64,000 nt of DNA from positions 192,001-256,000 of the forward strand of contig CAVRZA010000003.1 of assembly GCA_963725665.1 (NCBI GenBank), given 5' to 3'. The DNA comes from an uncultured Actinomycetes bacterium. GTDB lineage: Bacteria > Actinomycetota > Thermoleophilia > UBA2241. The notes beneath the pieces were generated by a model that saw nothing but the letters and a program-made list of their open reading frames with translations, made no database searches and was not told the DNA's origin. Below, piece by piece: positions 1 to 9,663 of this stretch; position 1 is the first letter of the stretch; the number at the start of each line of letters is the position of its first letter. Both the position numbers and the translations under genes were made by a program.

Positions 1-73
1 ATGCACTACCTGGTACGGGCCTCGAGTGACGAAAGTGTCTAGCGTTCCGGCACTGGGGCAGACTAGGGATGCA

Positions 74-147
74 GGTGACAAAGGCAAACCACTTGTGAGA
101 GTGGGGCGCAAAGCCACAGGGCTCTGTGAGTCGGCTGGGCTGCCGCC
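74..147 (+). ncRNA. c-di-GMP-I (GEMM) riboswitch aptamer in the pilin 5' leader
   Basis: GGCAAACC-ACTT-GTGA-GAGTGG-GGCGCAAAGCC-ACAGGG...GGCTGGGCTGCC follows the class I pattern (GGCAAACC stem, GNRA-type tetraloop, GCAAAGCC junction); about 110 nt upstream of the pilin ATG. Confidence 0.88.
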
Positions 148-254
148 GCAGATGTATCGCACCGTCGAGTCTGTGGTTTGCCAGGAGAGCGCCACAGGCT
201 TTGTTGTTGTGGCGCCTCCCTCGAGATTGAAGCGAGAGGAGGTGACTCAATCAC

Positions 255-655
255 ATGAAGCGTTTCACAAAGCAGGAGGGCTTCACCCTCATCGAGCTGC
301 TGATCGTGATCATCATCATCGGTATCCTCGCTGCGATCGCGATCCCCATGTTCCTCAACCAGAGGGACAAGGCCAAGAACTCGGCCGTCAAGGAGGGCGT
401 CCACTCGCTCCAGGTCGGCGTGCAGAGCTACGCCGTCGACAACAGCGACGTGTATCCCAGCGGCCTGCGTCGCGCGGCCACTGGTCGGCCCAATGGTCGA
501 CAACTGGCCCAAGAACCCGTGGACCGGCGATGCCATGGCGGACGGCACCGCGAAGGGCAACTACACGTACACCACGACCGGCACCCCGCCGGACCACTTT
601 CACGCTGATCGGCCATGTCTCGACCACGCCCACCGGCGACTTCACCGTTCCTTGA
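255..655 (+). CDS. pilA: Type IV major pilin 1 (apparent frameshifts in 3' half)
   Basis: RBS GAGGAGGTGA; class III signal KQEG|[24 protein letters not shown]; continues in other frames as VDNWPKNPWTGDAMADGTAKGNYTY...FTLIGHVSTTPTGDFTVP*. Confidence 0.9.
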
Positions 656-689
656 TGCTCGGGCGACTCTGAGACCGGATGTCTCGCAG

Positions 690-720
690 AGGGGCGGCTC
701 CGTACGGCAGCCGCCCCCTG
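690..720 (+). terminator. GC-rich hairpin after pilin 1
   Basis: GGGGCGGCT...AGCCGCCCC inverted repeat; weak U-tract. Confidence 0.55.
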
Positions 721-742
721 CTCGTCTGCTCAGTGTGCGCCC

Positions 743-769
743 TCATGCAACTTCGACTCCTGCCGATAC
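743..769 (+). promoter_or_regulatory. sigma-28/WhiG-like promoter candidate for pilin 2
   Basis: TCAT-N15-GCCGATAC. Confidence 0.5.
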
Positions 770-900
770 TAGTGCAACGGAACGGCGGCGACTCGGGCGG
801 ACGCGACAGAAGGGTCTTCAGATCCGCATACGCCAGGTCCGTCTACGCTCTGCGTCGCTAGGGCAGACTGACGATGAAGACGGCGCGTGCGGCAGGGGAG

Positions 901-1323
901 GTGATCATCGTGACAGACGACAAGCGCCAACGAGGGTTCACGCTCATCGAGCTCCTCATCGTCATCATCATCATCGGCATCCTGGCTGCGATCGCCATCC
1001 CGATGTTCATCAACCAGCGCGACAAGGCGAAGGACGCCGCGGTCAAGGGTGGCACGCACAACATCGAGCTCGGTATCGGCAGCTGGGCCGTCGACCACAA
1101 CGACGTCTATCCTCCGGTGGCCGAGTTCGCAAGACGGATCCGGGGTCGGGTCGACCCCAGGTCGACCAGTGGCCCAACAACCCCTGGACGAGTGCGCCCA
1201 TGGCGACGAACTCGACGCTGAGGGGCGACTGTGCACTACACGCCGCTGCCGGTCGGGGGACCCTACTCGCACTTCCAGCTCGTGGGCTACGGCACCAACG
1301 GCGCGATCATCACCGCCCCCTGA
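901..1323 (+). CDS. pilA: Type IV major pilin 2 (paralog; apparent frameshifts)
   Basis: RQRG|[32 protein letters not shown]; later frames give [14 protein letters not shown]...[18 protein letters not shown]; start 901 or 910. Confidence 0.88.
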
Positions 1324-1343
1324 CGGCATCCACCTGTTCTGAC

Positions 1344-1370
1344 CGGGCGACCCGCTGCGCGGGTCGCCCC
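1344..1370 (+). terminator. Hairpin after pilin 2
   Basis: GGGCGACCCGC...GCGGGTCGCCC inverted repeat. Confidence 0.5.
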
Positions 1371-1455
1371 GCGTCGCTCTCGGGGCACCCTCCCGCCCAA
1401 GCGTCGATCTCGTGATCCCTCAAGGCCGGCCCCTCCCTCCTCGATAAGGGAACCG

Positions 1456-2809
1456 TTGCGGGCGGGTCCTGCCCGTACCTGGGAGCGGGGATGCGAAGAT
1501 GAGCCAGCCAGCGGGTCTCGACCGGGTCGGCCTGATGGGCGACACCGGCCGCGAAGAACGTTCACGCACTCACCGGCAGGATCGAAACGGCGCTCGCGGT
1601 CGCGGCGAGCGGCGCCTCTGCAGGCGATCGTCTGGATGGCTCTCATCCAGGTCCTGTGGATCCGACAGCTGGGCTACGCGTTCCACAGTCTCTCCGACAC
1701 GCTCGTCTACATCGACTACGCCAGTCGATGGACCGTGCTGCATCGCTTGCCCTACATCGACTTCAAGCTCGAGTACCCGCCGCTCGCGTTGCCGCTGTTG
1801 CTGCTGCCGCCGTCGACTCGGAGTGTCGCCGCCTACGAGCGCTGGTTCAGCGTCGAGATGATCGTGCTCAGCGTGATCACGGCGCTCGTGACCGCCATGC
1901 TGGCGGCGGCCTACTGGCGCCGGACGGGGCGGGTCCTGGCCGCCGGTCTCGCCTTCGCCGCTTGCACGCTGGCCGCCGGCGCCATCATCGCCAACCGCTA
2001 CGACATCTCGGTCGCGCTTGTCGTGGCGGTGACGATGCTCCTGCTGGCGAGCCGCCGCTGGACGGCGGCCGGCGCCGTTTCGGGGCCGGCTTCGCCCTCA
2101 AGCTGACCCCGGTGGTGCTGCTTCCGCTGGCGCTGCTCGTGGCCGACCGGAAGCGTGCGCCGCACGTCGCTCTCGCCTTCGCCGTCGCGTCGGTGCTGCC
2201 GTTCGTGCCCTTCATCTTCAGCGGCCGCGACGGCCTCGTTGTACGTGTTCTCCTACCACGCCGCACGCCCGCTGCAGATCGAGAGTCTGCTCGCGACGCC
2301 CTATCTGCTCGGCCATCTCTTCGGGCGCGACGTGCCCCTCGTCGCTTCGTTCGGCTCGACCAACATCGCGGGCCGCGGGGCCGCCGCACTGGCTGCGCTG
2401 TCGCCGTGGCTCGCTCTTCTCGGCTGTGTTGCTGGTCTACGTCGTCGTCTGGCGGGTGCGCGCGAGGCTTCGCGCGCACCCGCCAGACGTGGCTTTCGCG
2501 GCGCTCGCAGTGGTCCTGGTCGCCGTCTCGCTCGGCAAGGTCCTCTCGCCGCAGTTCCTCATCTGGGTGTTGCCGCTGGTCGCGTTGGTCCTCGTGAGCG
2601 AAGAGACCGGGCGGCGCGTCGTGGGCGCGCTGTGCCTGGCAGCGGTCGCCCTGACCCAGGTCGAGTTCCCGCGCTACTACCACGCACTCGTGCGGCTCGA
2701 GGCCGCCCCCATCGTGATCGTCGCGATGAGGAACGGCCTCCTTCTGGCGGCGGCCATCCTCGCCGTGGTGATCCTGTTGAGAGGGGTCGCGGCGCGACCG
2801 GCGGGCTAG
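1456..2809 (+). CDS. GT-C (GT87/DUF2029-like) membrane glycosyltransferase, frameshifted
   Basis: Motifs LPYIDFKLEYPPLA, NRYD, GFALKLTP, RPLQIES, GKVLSPQFLIW across ORFs 1456-2106 and 2426-2809; start uncertain. Confidence 0.75.
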
Positions 2810-4365
2810 CGCCAGGCCGTGAACACCGTCAGGCGGTGGTAGTAGTCGAAGGCGACCGGCAGGCCGAGCAAGAAGGGGACGAGCGCGACGCAGACGCCGG
2901 CCACGGCCCCGCCGTAGATCCAGGTCGCGGCCGCGCGCGCCGGGGCGTAGCGGGCAAGCACGACAATGACCGTGACGGCGAGCCCGGCGCCGGCGGCCGC
3001 AGCCGCGATCGTCAACGGGAGCGAAGAGGACACGATCCGCCACGCGTGGGCGCTCGCCCAGAGCAGCGGATAGGCGAGCGCTCCGGCCGCTAGGCCCGCC
3101 AGGAACCAGCCCAGCACCGCGCGCCATGACTGGCGCTCGGCCTCCCGAGAGGTCGAGAGAGCAGCGGCGACTGAGACGGCGAGGAACGGCACGACCGGTG
3201 CCAAGTAGTAGATGTAGGTCTGGCGCGAGGTCGCCAAGCCAGGGGAGGTAGAGCGCGGCGACGACGAGAGGCAGGAGCGCGATGCGCAGATCACGCCGGC
3301 GCCACGCCCTCAGGACCAGGACGATCACACAGGGCAGTGACGCCCACCAGAGGAGCGGATTGCCGATGGCCAGCAGGCCCACGGTGCCGTGTGAGCTCTC
3401 GAACCACTTGTACCAGATCGGCGTGGCGTCGAAGATCCAGGTTTCGGGACGCGAGGCGAAGCTCAGGTCGCCGTGTACTCCCCAGCCGAAGGTCGCCATG
3501 TGGCGCTGCAAGCGTGAGCCACTGTCCGAGCGTGTGCCCGGCGATGAAGTAAGCGCCGTAGCTGAGCATGTAGACGGAGAGCGGCAGCACCGTCAGGGCG
3601 GCGACGGTCTGGAAGGAGTGGCGCCTCGGCCTCTCTGAGGGCGACAGGCGGCGCATGACGACGATGACGCAGACCGCGGCCAGGAGGGCAAGGACCCCGG
3701 ACCACTTCGTCGCCACGGCGCAGCCCAGCGCCACTCCCGTCGCCACCAGCCAACCGCGGCTCCATCCGCTGCGCGCATAGGCGAGGGCGAGACAGATCGG
3801 AGAGCGTCGACCAGAGCGCGACCAGGACGTCGAGCACGCCGAGCCGCGACTCGATGATCAACAGCGTGTCGGAGGCGGCCAGCGCCGTGGCGAGCAGGGC
3901 CCATCGCCGGCTGAGGAAGAGCAAGCGCGCCAGGGGGTAGACGAGTGCGATCAAGGCGATGCCGGCGAGCGCCGGCATGAGGCGCCAGCCGAGTGGGCGG
4001 TCGCCGGCGAGGAGCATGCCCGCGGCGATCGTCAGCTTGCCGAGCTCTGGGTGAGCGGCCGACCGTTCGCTGCCGGGCCGCCACGGCTCCTTGCCCGTCG
4101 GTCCGATGTCGCCCTGCAGGATGGCTCGTGCGTCGTGGACGTAGTAGTACTCGTCGAACACGTACGTCGCGAAGCGCGAGAGATCGGCCAGCCGGACGGC
4201 GGCCGACAGCCCCAGGATGAGGGTCAGCACGACGACACGCTCGAGGCTGATGCTGGCGGGGATGCTCGTCGAGCGCGCGGCGAGCCTCTGGCTCGCCGCG
4301 CGCGTGTCGATGGCCGATGCGCTCACGACCGGTGACGGTGTCTTTGTGCCCAAGTCATGGCTCAT
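2806..4365 (-). CDS. Protein O-mannosyltransferase-like (GT39/PMT) glycosyltransferase, frameshifted
   Basis: VFDEYYYVHDA, HPELGKLTIA, GWRLMPALAG, ESRLGVLD, ATKWSG, IGNPLLWW, RQTYIYY motifs in successive minus-strand frames. Confidence 0.82.
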
Positions 4366-4473
4366 TCATCGGCGGCTTGCGGCCGATGGATGACCACATC
4401 GTCGAGACACGATCGAGACGTGCTTGACGATCGTCATTCGGGAGAGCGCCGAAACGGCTACCGGCCTGTCCTC

Positions 4474-4501
4474 TAATGTCTAGTCTCGCCGTTGCCGATA
4501 G
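4474..4501 (+). promoter_or_regulatory. sigma-28/WhiG-like promoter candidate for ABC-pilD operon
   Basis: TAAT-N16-GCCGATAG. Confidence 0.55.
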
Positions 4502-4537
4502 TGGCTACGATCCGTGAACGTCCGTCGTGGAGGGGAG

Positions 4538-5288
4538 GTGGCAGTACTGGTCGAGACAGCTAGGCCGCGCGAAGAGGCGACCGGAGCGCGGCGCTGCGCC
4601 TCGAGGGGCTGCGCAAGGTCGTCAAGACCGGGTTCTGGGCGCGCCGCGTCGAGATCCTGCGCGGCGTCGACCTGACCGTCGAGAGGGCGACGTGTTCGGC
4701 CTGCTGGGCCCCAACGGCGCCGGCAAGACGACCACGCTCAAGGTCGTGCTCGGCCTGATGCGGCCAGCACGGGTGGCGTCGAGCTCACCGTGCCCCGGGA
4801 GCAGATCGGCTACCTGCCGGAGAACCCCTACTTCTACGACTACCTCACCGGCGAGGAGTTCCTGCACTTCTCGGGCCGACTCTTCGAGCTGCCGGCCGGC
4901 GAGCGCGAGGCCAGGGTGCGCGCCTGCTCGGGGAGGTCGGCCTGGAGGACGCGGCCGGCGTGCAGCTGCGCAAGTACTCCAAGGGGATGCTGCAGCGCAT
5001 CGGCATCGCCCAGGCGCTGATCAACGACCCCACGCTCGTGCTTCTCGACGAGCCGATGACCGGTCTCGACCCCATCGGCCGCGTCGAGGTGAAGTCGATC
5101 ATCGAGGGGCTGCCGCGGCGCGGCAAGACGGTCCTCTTCAACTCGCACATCCTGTCCGACGTGGCCGAGCTCTGCACGCGCATCGCCATCATGAAGGCGA
5201 CGGCGGGGTCGTCTGGGAGGGCCGCGTCGAGAGGCCGTCGCGAGTCGGGTGATCTGGAGCGTTCTTCGTGCGGCAGGTGAGCTCGTGA
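4538..5288 (+). CDS. ABC transporter ATP-binding protein (pilus-associated), frameshifted
   Basis: Walker [10 protein letters not shown]; [16 protein letters not shown]; signature YSKGMLQR; [10 protein letters not shown]; NSHILSDV. Confidence 0.85.
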
Positions 5289-6049
5289 ACAAGATGCTCA
5301 CGATCGCCCTCAACACGTTCAAGGAGACGGTGCGCGACCGCATCCTGGCCGTGATCGTGCTGTTCGCCCTGGCATGATCGTCGGGAGCGTCTGGCTCGGG
5401 GCGACCTCAGCCTCGGCCAGGCGGAGCGCATGATGCGCGACTTCGGACTCGTCGCCGTGACGCTGTTCGGCCTCGTCGTGGCCGTGTTCGTGGCCGGCAG
5501 CCTGCTCCGCAAGGAGATCGACAAACGGACCGTCTTCGTGCTCTTCTCGAAGCCGGTCGGCCGCAGCGAGTTCATCGTCGGCAAGTTCCTCGGCCTCGCC
5601 CAGACCATGTTCGTGGTCGTCGCCGGGATGGGACTCTTCCTGTTCGTCACCGTCTGGCACGTGGCGTCACGTCGTCCTCGGGTCGATACTCCTTGCCGCC
5701 TTCTCGTGTTCGTGCAGCTCGTCGTGGTCGTCGCCATCACGATCTTCTTCTCGACGTTCGTCTCGGCCATCCTCGCCAGCGTGGTCGGCGTGTGCGTGTT
5801 CATCGCCGGTCAGCTGAGCCAGAACGTCCTGTCGCTGACCCGCCTCGGGCACAGCGGCTTTCTCAAGGCGGTCTCGTGGGTCGTGTTCGTCGCCGTGCCC
5901 AACCTGACGGCGGTCGACATCAAGGCCGCGGTGGCGGGCGAAGCAGTCTCGCGGCCAGCACGGTGGGGCGTGGGTCGGCTACCTGGCCGCCTACTGCGTC
6001 GTCTGTCTGGTGCTGGCCTCGTCTCGTCTTCCGGCGCAAGGAGTTCTGA
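5285..6049 (+). CDS. ABC-2 type permease (pilus-associated), frameshifted
   Basis: IALNTFKETVRDR N-terminus; KEIDKRTVFVLFSKPVGRSEFIVGKFLG; ends FRRKEF*. Confidence 0.8.
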
Positions 6050-6790
6050 GCCGTGGCCTCGCGCTGGCGGCGTTGGTGATCGTCTGCGCGTCGGCGTGGT
6101 CGCCTTCCAGGCGTCGAGGCCGGCGGCGTCGGGAGCGACGCCCACGTGTTCGTGCCGTCGCCTCGCTTCTTCGACATCTCGCCGCAGCTTCCGCAGCCGG
6201 TCGCCGACGCCTACTGGCTCTAGACGATCCAGTACTACGGCGAGCACGTGAACAGCGACCGCGGCTCGACTCGCTGCGGGCCTCCTCGATTTGGTCACGA
6301 CTCTGAGCCCCCACTTCCGCCAGGCCTACTTCATCGGCTCGTTCGCGTTGCTCGACGCCGGCAGGGCCGACCTGGGTTACGAGCTGCTGAAGCGCGGCTA
6401 CGCCGCGAACCCCGGCGACTGGCGCTTCCCCTTCTACCTGGGCTTCTTCGTCTACACGTTCGGCAGGAAGGAGCTGAAGGACCAGGTCGCCGCGCAGTAC
6501 TATCAGCAGGCGGCGGCGCTGCCGGGGCATCTGCCTTCATGCCGCGGCTCGCGGCCGCCCTGCTGACGAAGTCGGGCACGACGCGAGAAGGCGATGCCAT
6601 GTGGGCGAGCGTCTACGGGCAGGGCGACCTCTACTCTCGGCAGAAGGCCGTCGCCGCGCTCGTGGGCTTCTTGCCCAAGGACAAGACGGCGCGCATGAAG
6701 GCGGTGGCCTCCGTGAAGGACCTCATGTCGCCGCTGGACTTATCATCCGAGCTCGTTCACCGACCTGGGAGTCGGATCCTCGAGATCGCG
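6046..6790 (+). CDS. Pilus-associated TPR-like membrane-anchored protein (frameshifts and an in-frame TAG at 6221)
   Basis: ADAYWL*TIQYYGEH; LSPHFRQAYFIG; LLKRGYAANPGDWRFPFYLGF; boundaries approximate. Confidence 0.6.
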
Positions 6791-6806
6791 GGGCAGGAGC
6801 TCGTTC

Positions 6807-7562
6807 GTGGCGATGGTGGGTGTCTTCGGTCTGCTGATAGGCAGCTTCCTGAACGCCTGCGCCTACCGCATCCCGCGCCACATCAGCATCGCCAAGGGAC
6901 GCTCCTTCTGCCCGCACTGCCACGCGCAGATCCGCGCCTACGACAACGTCCCGGTCGTGAGCTGGATCCTGCTGCGCGGCCGCTGCCGTGACTGCGGTCG
7001 GCCGATCAGCCTGCGCTATCCCCTGGTCGAGGCGCTGACCGGAGGTCTCTTCGCCCTCGTCGCCGCCGTCGACGGTTTCTCCTGGCTCCTGGTGCCGCAT
7101 CTGCTCTTCGTGGCCGCACTGATCCTCGTGGCCGAGATCGACCTCGAGGTGCGGCTCATCCCCGACGTGGTCATCCTGCCGGTGGCCGCCATCGGACTCG
7201 TGCTGATGATCGTGCTCGAGCCGGCCGAGTGGCTGCAATGGGTGGTCGCGGGGGTGGGCGCAGCGCTGTTCCTGTTGACGGCGGCGCTCGTCTACGAGAA
7301 GCTGCGCGGCATGACGGGCATGGGCATGGGCGACGTCAAGATGGCGCTGTGCATGGGGTTCTTCCTCGGCGCCGCGGTCGTCCCGGCGCTCTTCCTCGGG
7401 TTCGTGCTGGGCGCCGTGATCGGCGTGATCCTCATGGTGCGCGTCGGTGGTGACGGCAAGATGGCCATCCCCTTCGGGCCGTTCCTCGCCGCCGGCGCCA
7501 TCATCGCCCTGTTCCTCGGGCAGCCCGCGATCGACCTCTATCTCAACAGCTTCCTGCGCTGA
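6807..7562 (+). CDS. pilD: Prepilin peptidase
   Basis: GSFLNAC-YRIP, RSFCPHC, RGRCRDC, EIDLE and GMGDVK catalytic Asp motifs, IPFGPFL. Confidence 0.95.
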   Translation: MAMVGVFGLLIGSFLNACAYRIPRHISIAKGRSFCPHCHAQIRAYDNVPVVSWILLRGRCRDCGRPISLRYPLVEALTGGLFALVAAVDGFSWLLVPHLLFVAALILVAEIDLEVRLIPDVVILPVAAIGLVLMIVLEPAEWLQWVVAGVGAALFLLTAALVYEKLRGMTGMGMGDVKMALCMGFFLGAAVVPALFLGFVLGAVIGVILMVRVGGDGKMAIPFGPFLAAGAIIALFLGQPAIDLYLNSFLR

Positions 7563-7871
7563 AAGTCGGCACGCCGAGCGCCCGGGGTGCGCTCGTCAAC
7601 CGAGTTCGGCAAGCCGGGCTCGTCAGGCTGAGCCCTTCAGCCCAGACCCCTCAGCTGAGTCTCACGCGCTGAACCGGCCACGAGGCTTCGGCTTCTCGGG
7701 CGAGTGTCACCCGGTCCGCTGGCAAACGTCACCGGCTCGCGCGTCTCCTCCGCTGGCGGCCTCCCGTGTCGACCGCTATTCTGCGGGAGCAACTCTGCCT
7801 CTGGCAGTCCTCTCGCCCCCGACCGGGGCACAGTCTCCACGTCTGGTTCGCTGTTTCTTGGGGAGGTGTCC

Positions 7872-8453
7872 GTGCTCGCTCTGTCCTCGCTGCGCACGCC
7901 CTGGCCGTCCAGGCCGAGCAGTATGCGCTCGCGCGAGGCCAGCGGCAGCGCCGCCGGGATAGCGCGAGCGCGGGGCTTGCTTGGCGAGGCGCGCGCTGTG
8001 CGTGGTTCGTGCAGCCGGGCGGGCTTCACCGCTGTCGAGCTGATGGTCGTCCTCGCCGTGCTCGGCATCTTGGCCGCCGTGACGGTCCCTTCGGCGGCCC
8101 GCGTCCAGGCCGATGCGGCCGCCCGCGCGGCTGCGCAGCGTTTCGCGCTCGTGCTGCGCTCGGCCCAGGCGCGCGCCTGGGCCGACTGCCTGCCGGTCGA
8201 GGTGCGGCTCGACGCCGACGGCTCGTACGAGGTCGTCGAGCGCGCGCCGGCGGGTCCGCTGCTCCTCGAGCAGGGCTCCGCCGGCGCGCGCTCGACGACC
8301 AACTACCCGCTGGGCGGCGTCGAGTTCGGGCCGGCGGGCTGGCCCTGCTCTCTGGTCACGCACCTGCCGAGGGCCGGTTCGTTCGCCTTCCCCGGCGGGG
8401 CCCGGCCGCACTCCGTGACGTTGCAGATGGGTGGGCGCACGAGGTGGCAGTGA
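7872..8453 (+). CDS. Minor pilin (FimT/GspH-like)
   Basis: AG|FTAVELMVVLAVLGILAA; RBS GGGAGG before GTG. Confidence 0.75.
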   Translation: MLALSSLRTPWPSRPSSMRSREASGSAAGIARARGLLGEARAVRGSCSRAGFTAVELMVVLAVLGILAAVTVPSAARVQADAAARAAAQRFALVLRSAQARAWADCLPVEVRLDADGSYEVVERAPAGPLLLEQGSAGARSTTNYPLGGVEFGPAGWPCSLVTHLPRAGSFAFPGGARPHSVTLQMGGRTRWQ

Positions 8454-9080
8454 GCAGGCCGGTCCGAGGGCGTCGAGCGTCCGCCGCGTGCCGCCACGGC
8501 TTCACCCTCGTCGAGGTCGTGATAGCGGCGTCGTTGCTGCTTCTCACTGTGGTCTGCGCGACGCCCCTGCTCATCGGCAGCCAGCGCACTGCCGCGCGCG
8601 AGAGCCGCGCCACCGAGGCGCGAAGGCTGGCGCAGTCTACGGTCGAGCGGCTGCGGAGCCTGCCGTTCGGTCCGGGCGCAGACGGCGACGGCAGCCGAGC
8701 CCGACGGTTGCGTCGTTGCCGCTCTCTTCCCTCACGCAGATCAGGGTCGCAACGGCCCCGACGACTTTCGTCGTGCTCGCCGACGGTGGTCCGTGGCCCG
8801 CCGGGACCTTCGTGACCAGGCGCCGAGTCGGGGATCTACCTGGTCACGACCGAGAGCTCGCTTCGTCGCCGCGACGGCGGGCGGCTTCGCTGCCGTGTCC
8901 ACGACGCGACTCGCGGGGTACGACTCGTCGACCGGCGACGAGCTGCCCTCCGGCGCACTGGTCGTGACGGTGCACGTCTCGTGGATCGAGCACGGGAACG
9001 AACGAGCGGTGACTCGGCACGACACCCTTCTTGACCAGTCGCGCGCAACGACCGAAGTCGCGCTCGCCGCGTCTACCCTG
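8450..9080 (+). CDS. Minor pilin (PilV-like), frameshifted
   Basis: HG|FTLVEVVIAASLLLLTVV, VERLRSLPF, VTVHVSW; 3' end approximate. Confidence 0.7.
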
Positions 9081-9663
9081 ATGGCATCGGTCCGTCGTCT
9101 CTTCGTGCGGTCGCGCCGGACCTCTCGGCTGCGGCGGCGCGCCGTCGGGGTTCACGGCCATCGAGCTGCTCCTCGCGTGCGTCATCGGTGGCCTCGCGCT
9201 GGCGGCGGCGTGGTCATGGCTCTACTCGTCGGCCGCCGCCGGTGGTCGCGAACAACGCCGGCTCGAGGCCGAGACGTCGCTAGCCTTCGTCGAGCGCCTC
9301 ACAGCGGCGGAGCTGAGACGAGCCGCGCTGTTCCTGGCCTCACCCGCGCCCGGCTGCTCTGAGCACAGCGTGTCGTTCGTCGTGGTCGACGACGACGGGA
9401 CGCGCGGACACGGTCACCTACGTCTGGAACCCCGCGACGCGTGTCCTCTGGCGCAAGGCGTCGGGCAGTCACCTGGTGAGCGACGTGACGTCGTTCACGG
9501 TCAGCTACCTCGACGCCGCCGGCTCCGAGCTGGCGCCGCGGGCGGCTCCCTCTCTGCCTCGGAGCTGGCCCGCGTGCACGCTTTGCGACTGTCGCTGACT
9601 CTTTCGTGGGGAGTCGGTCAAGCGAAGGCCTCGTGGGACGTCACGCCCAGAGCCGAGCGCTGA
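9081..9663 (+). CDS. Minor pilin (PilW-like), frameshifted
   Basis: G|FTAIELLLACVIGGLALAAAW at about 9148; start approximate. Confidence 0.65.

Noticed and set aside
255-1323. Geobacter-type short conductive e-pilins
   Set aside because: After frame repair both are about 125-135 aa with globular domains; the apparent truncation comes from frameshifts.
4366-4393. Fifth sigma-28-like motif on the minus strand (TCAT-N16-GCCGATGA) for the PMT gene
   Set aside because: It abuts the predicted ATG, leaving no room for a start site unless the true start codon is further downstream; not counted.
255-9663. Pseudogenisation or programmed frameshifting of the pil genes
   Set aside because: Indels also hit core genes (aroB, nadK, smc) and motifs stay intact on both sides. 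Low-coverage sequencing error is the simpler explanation, though reads are needed to confirm.
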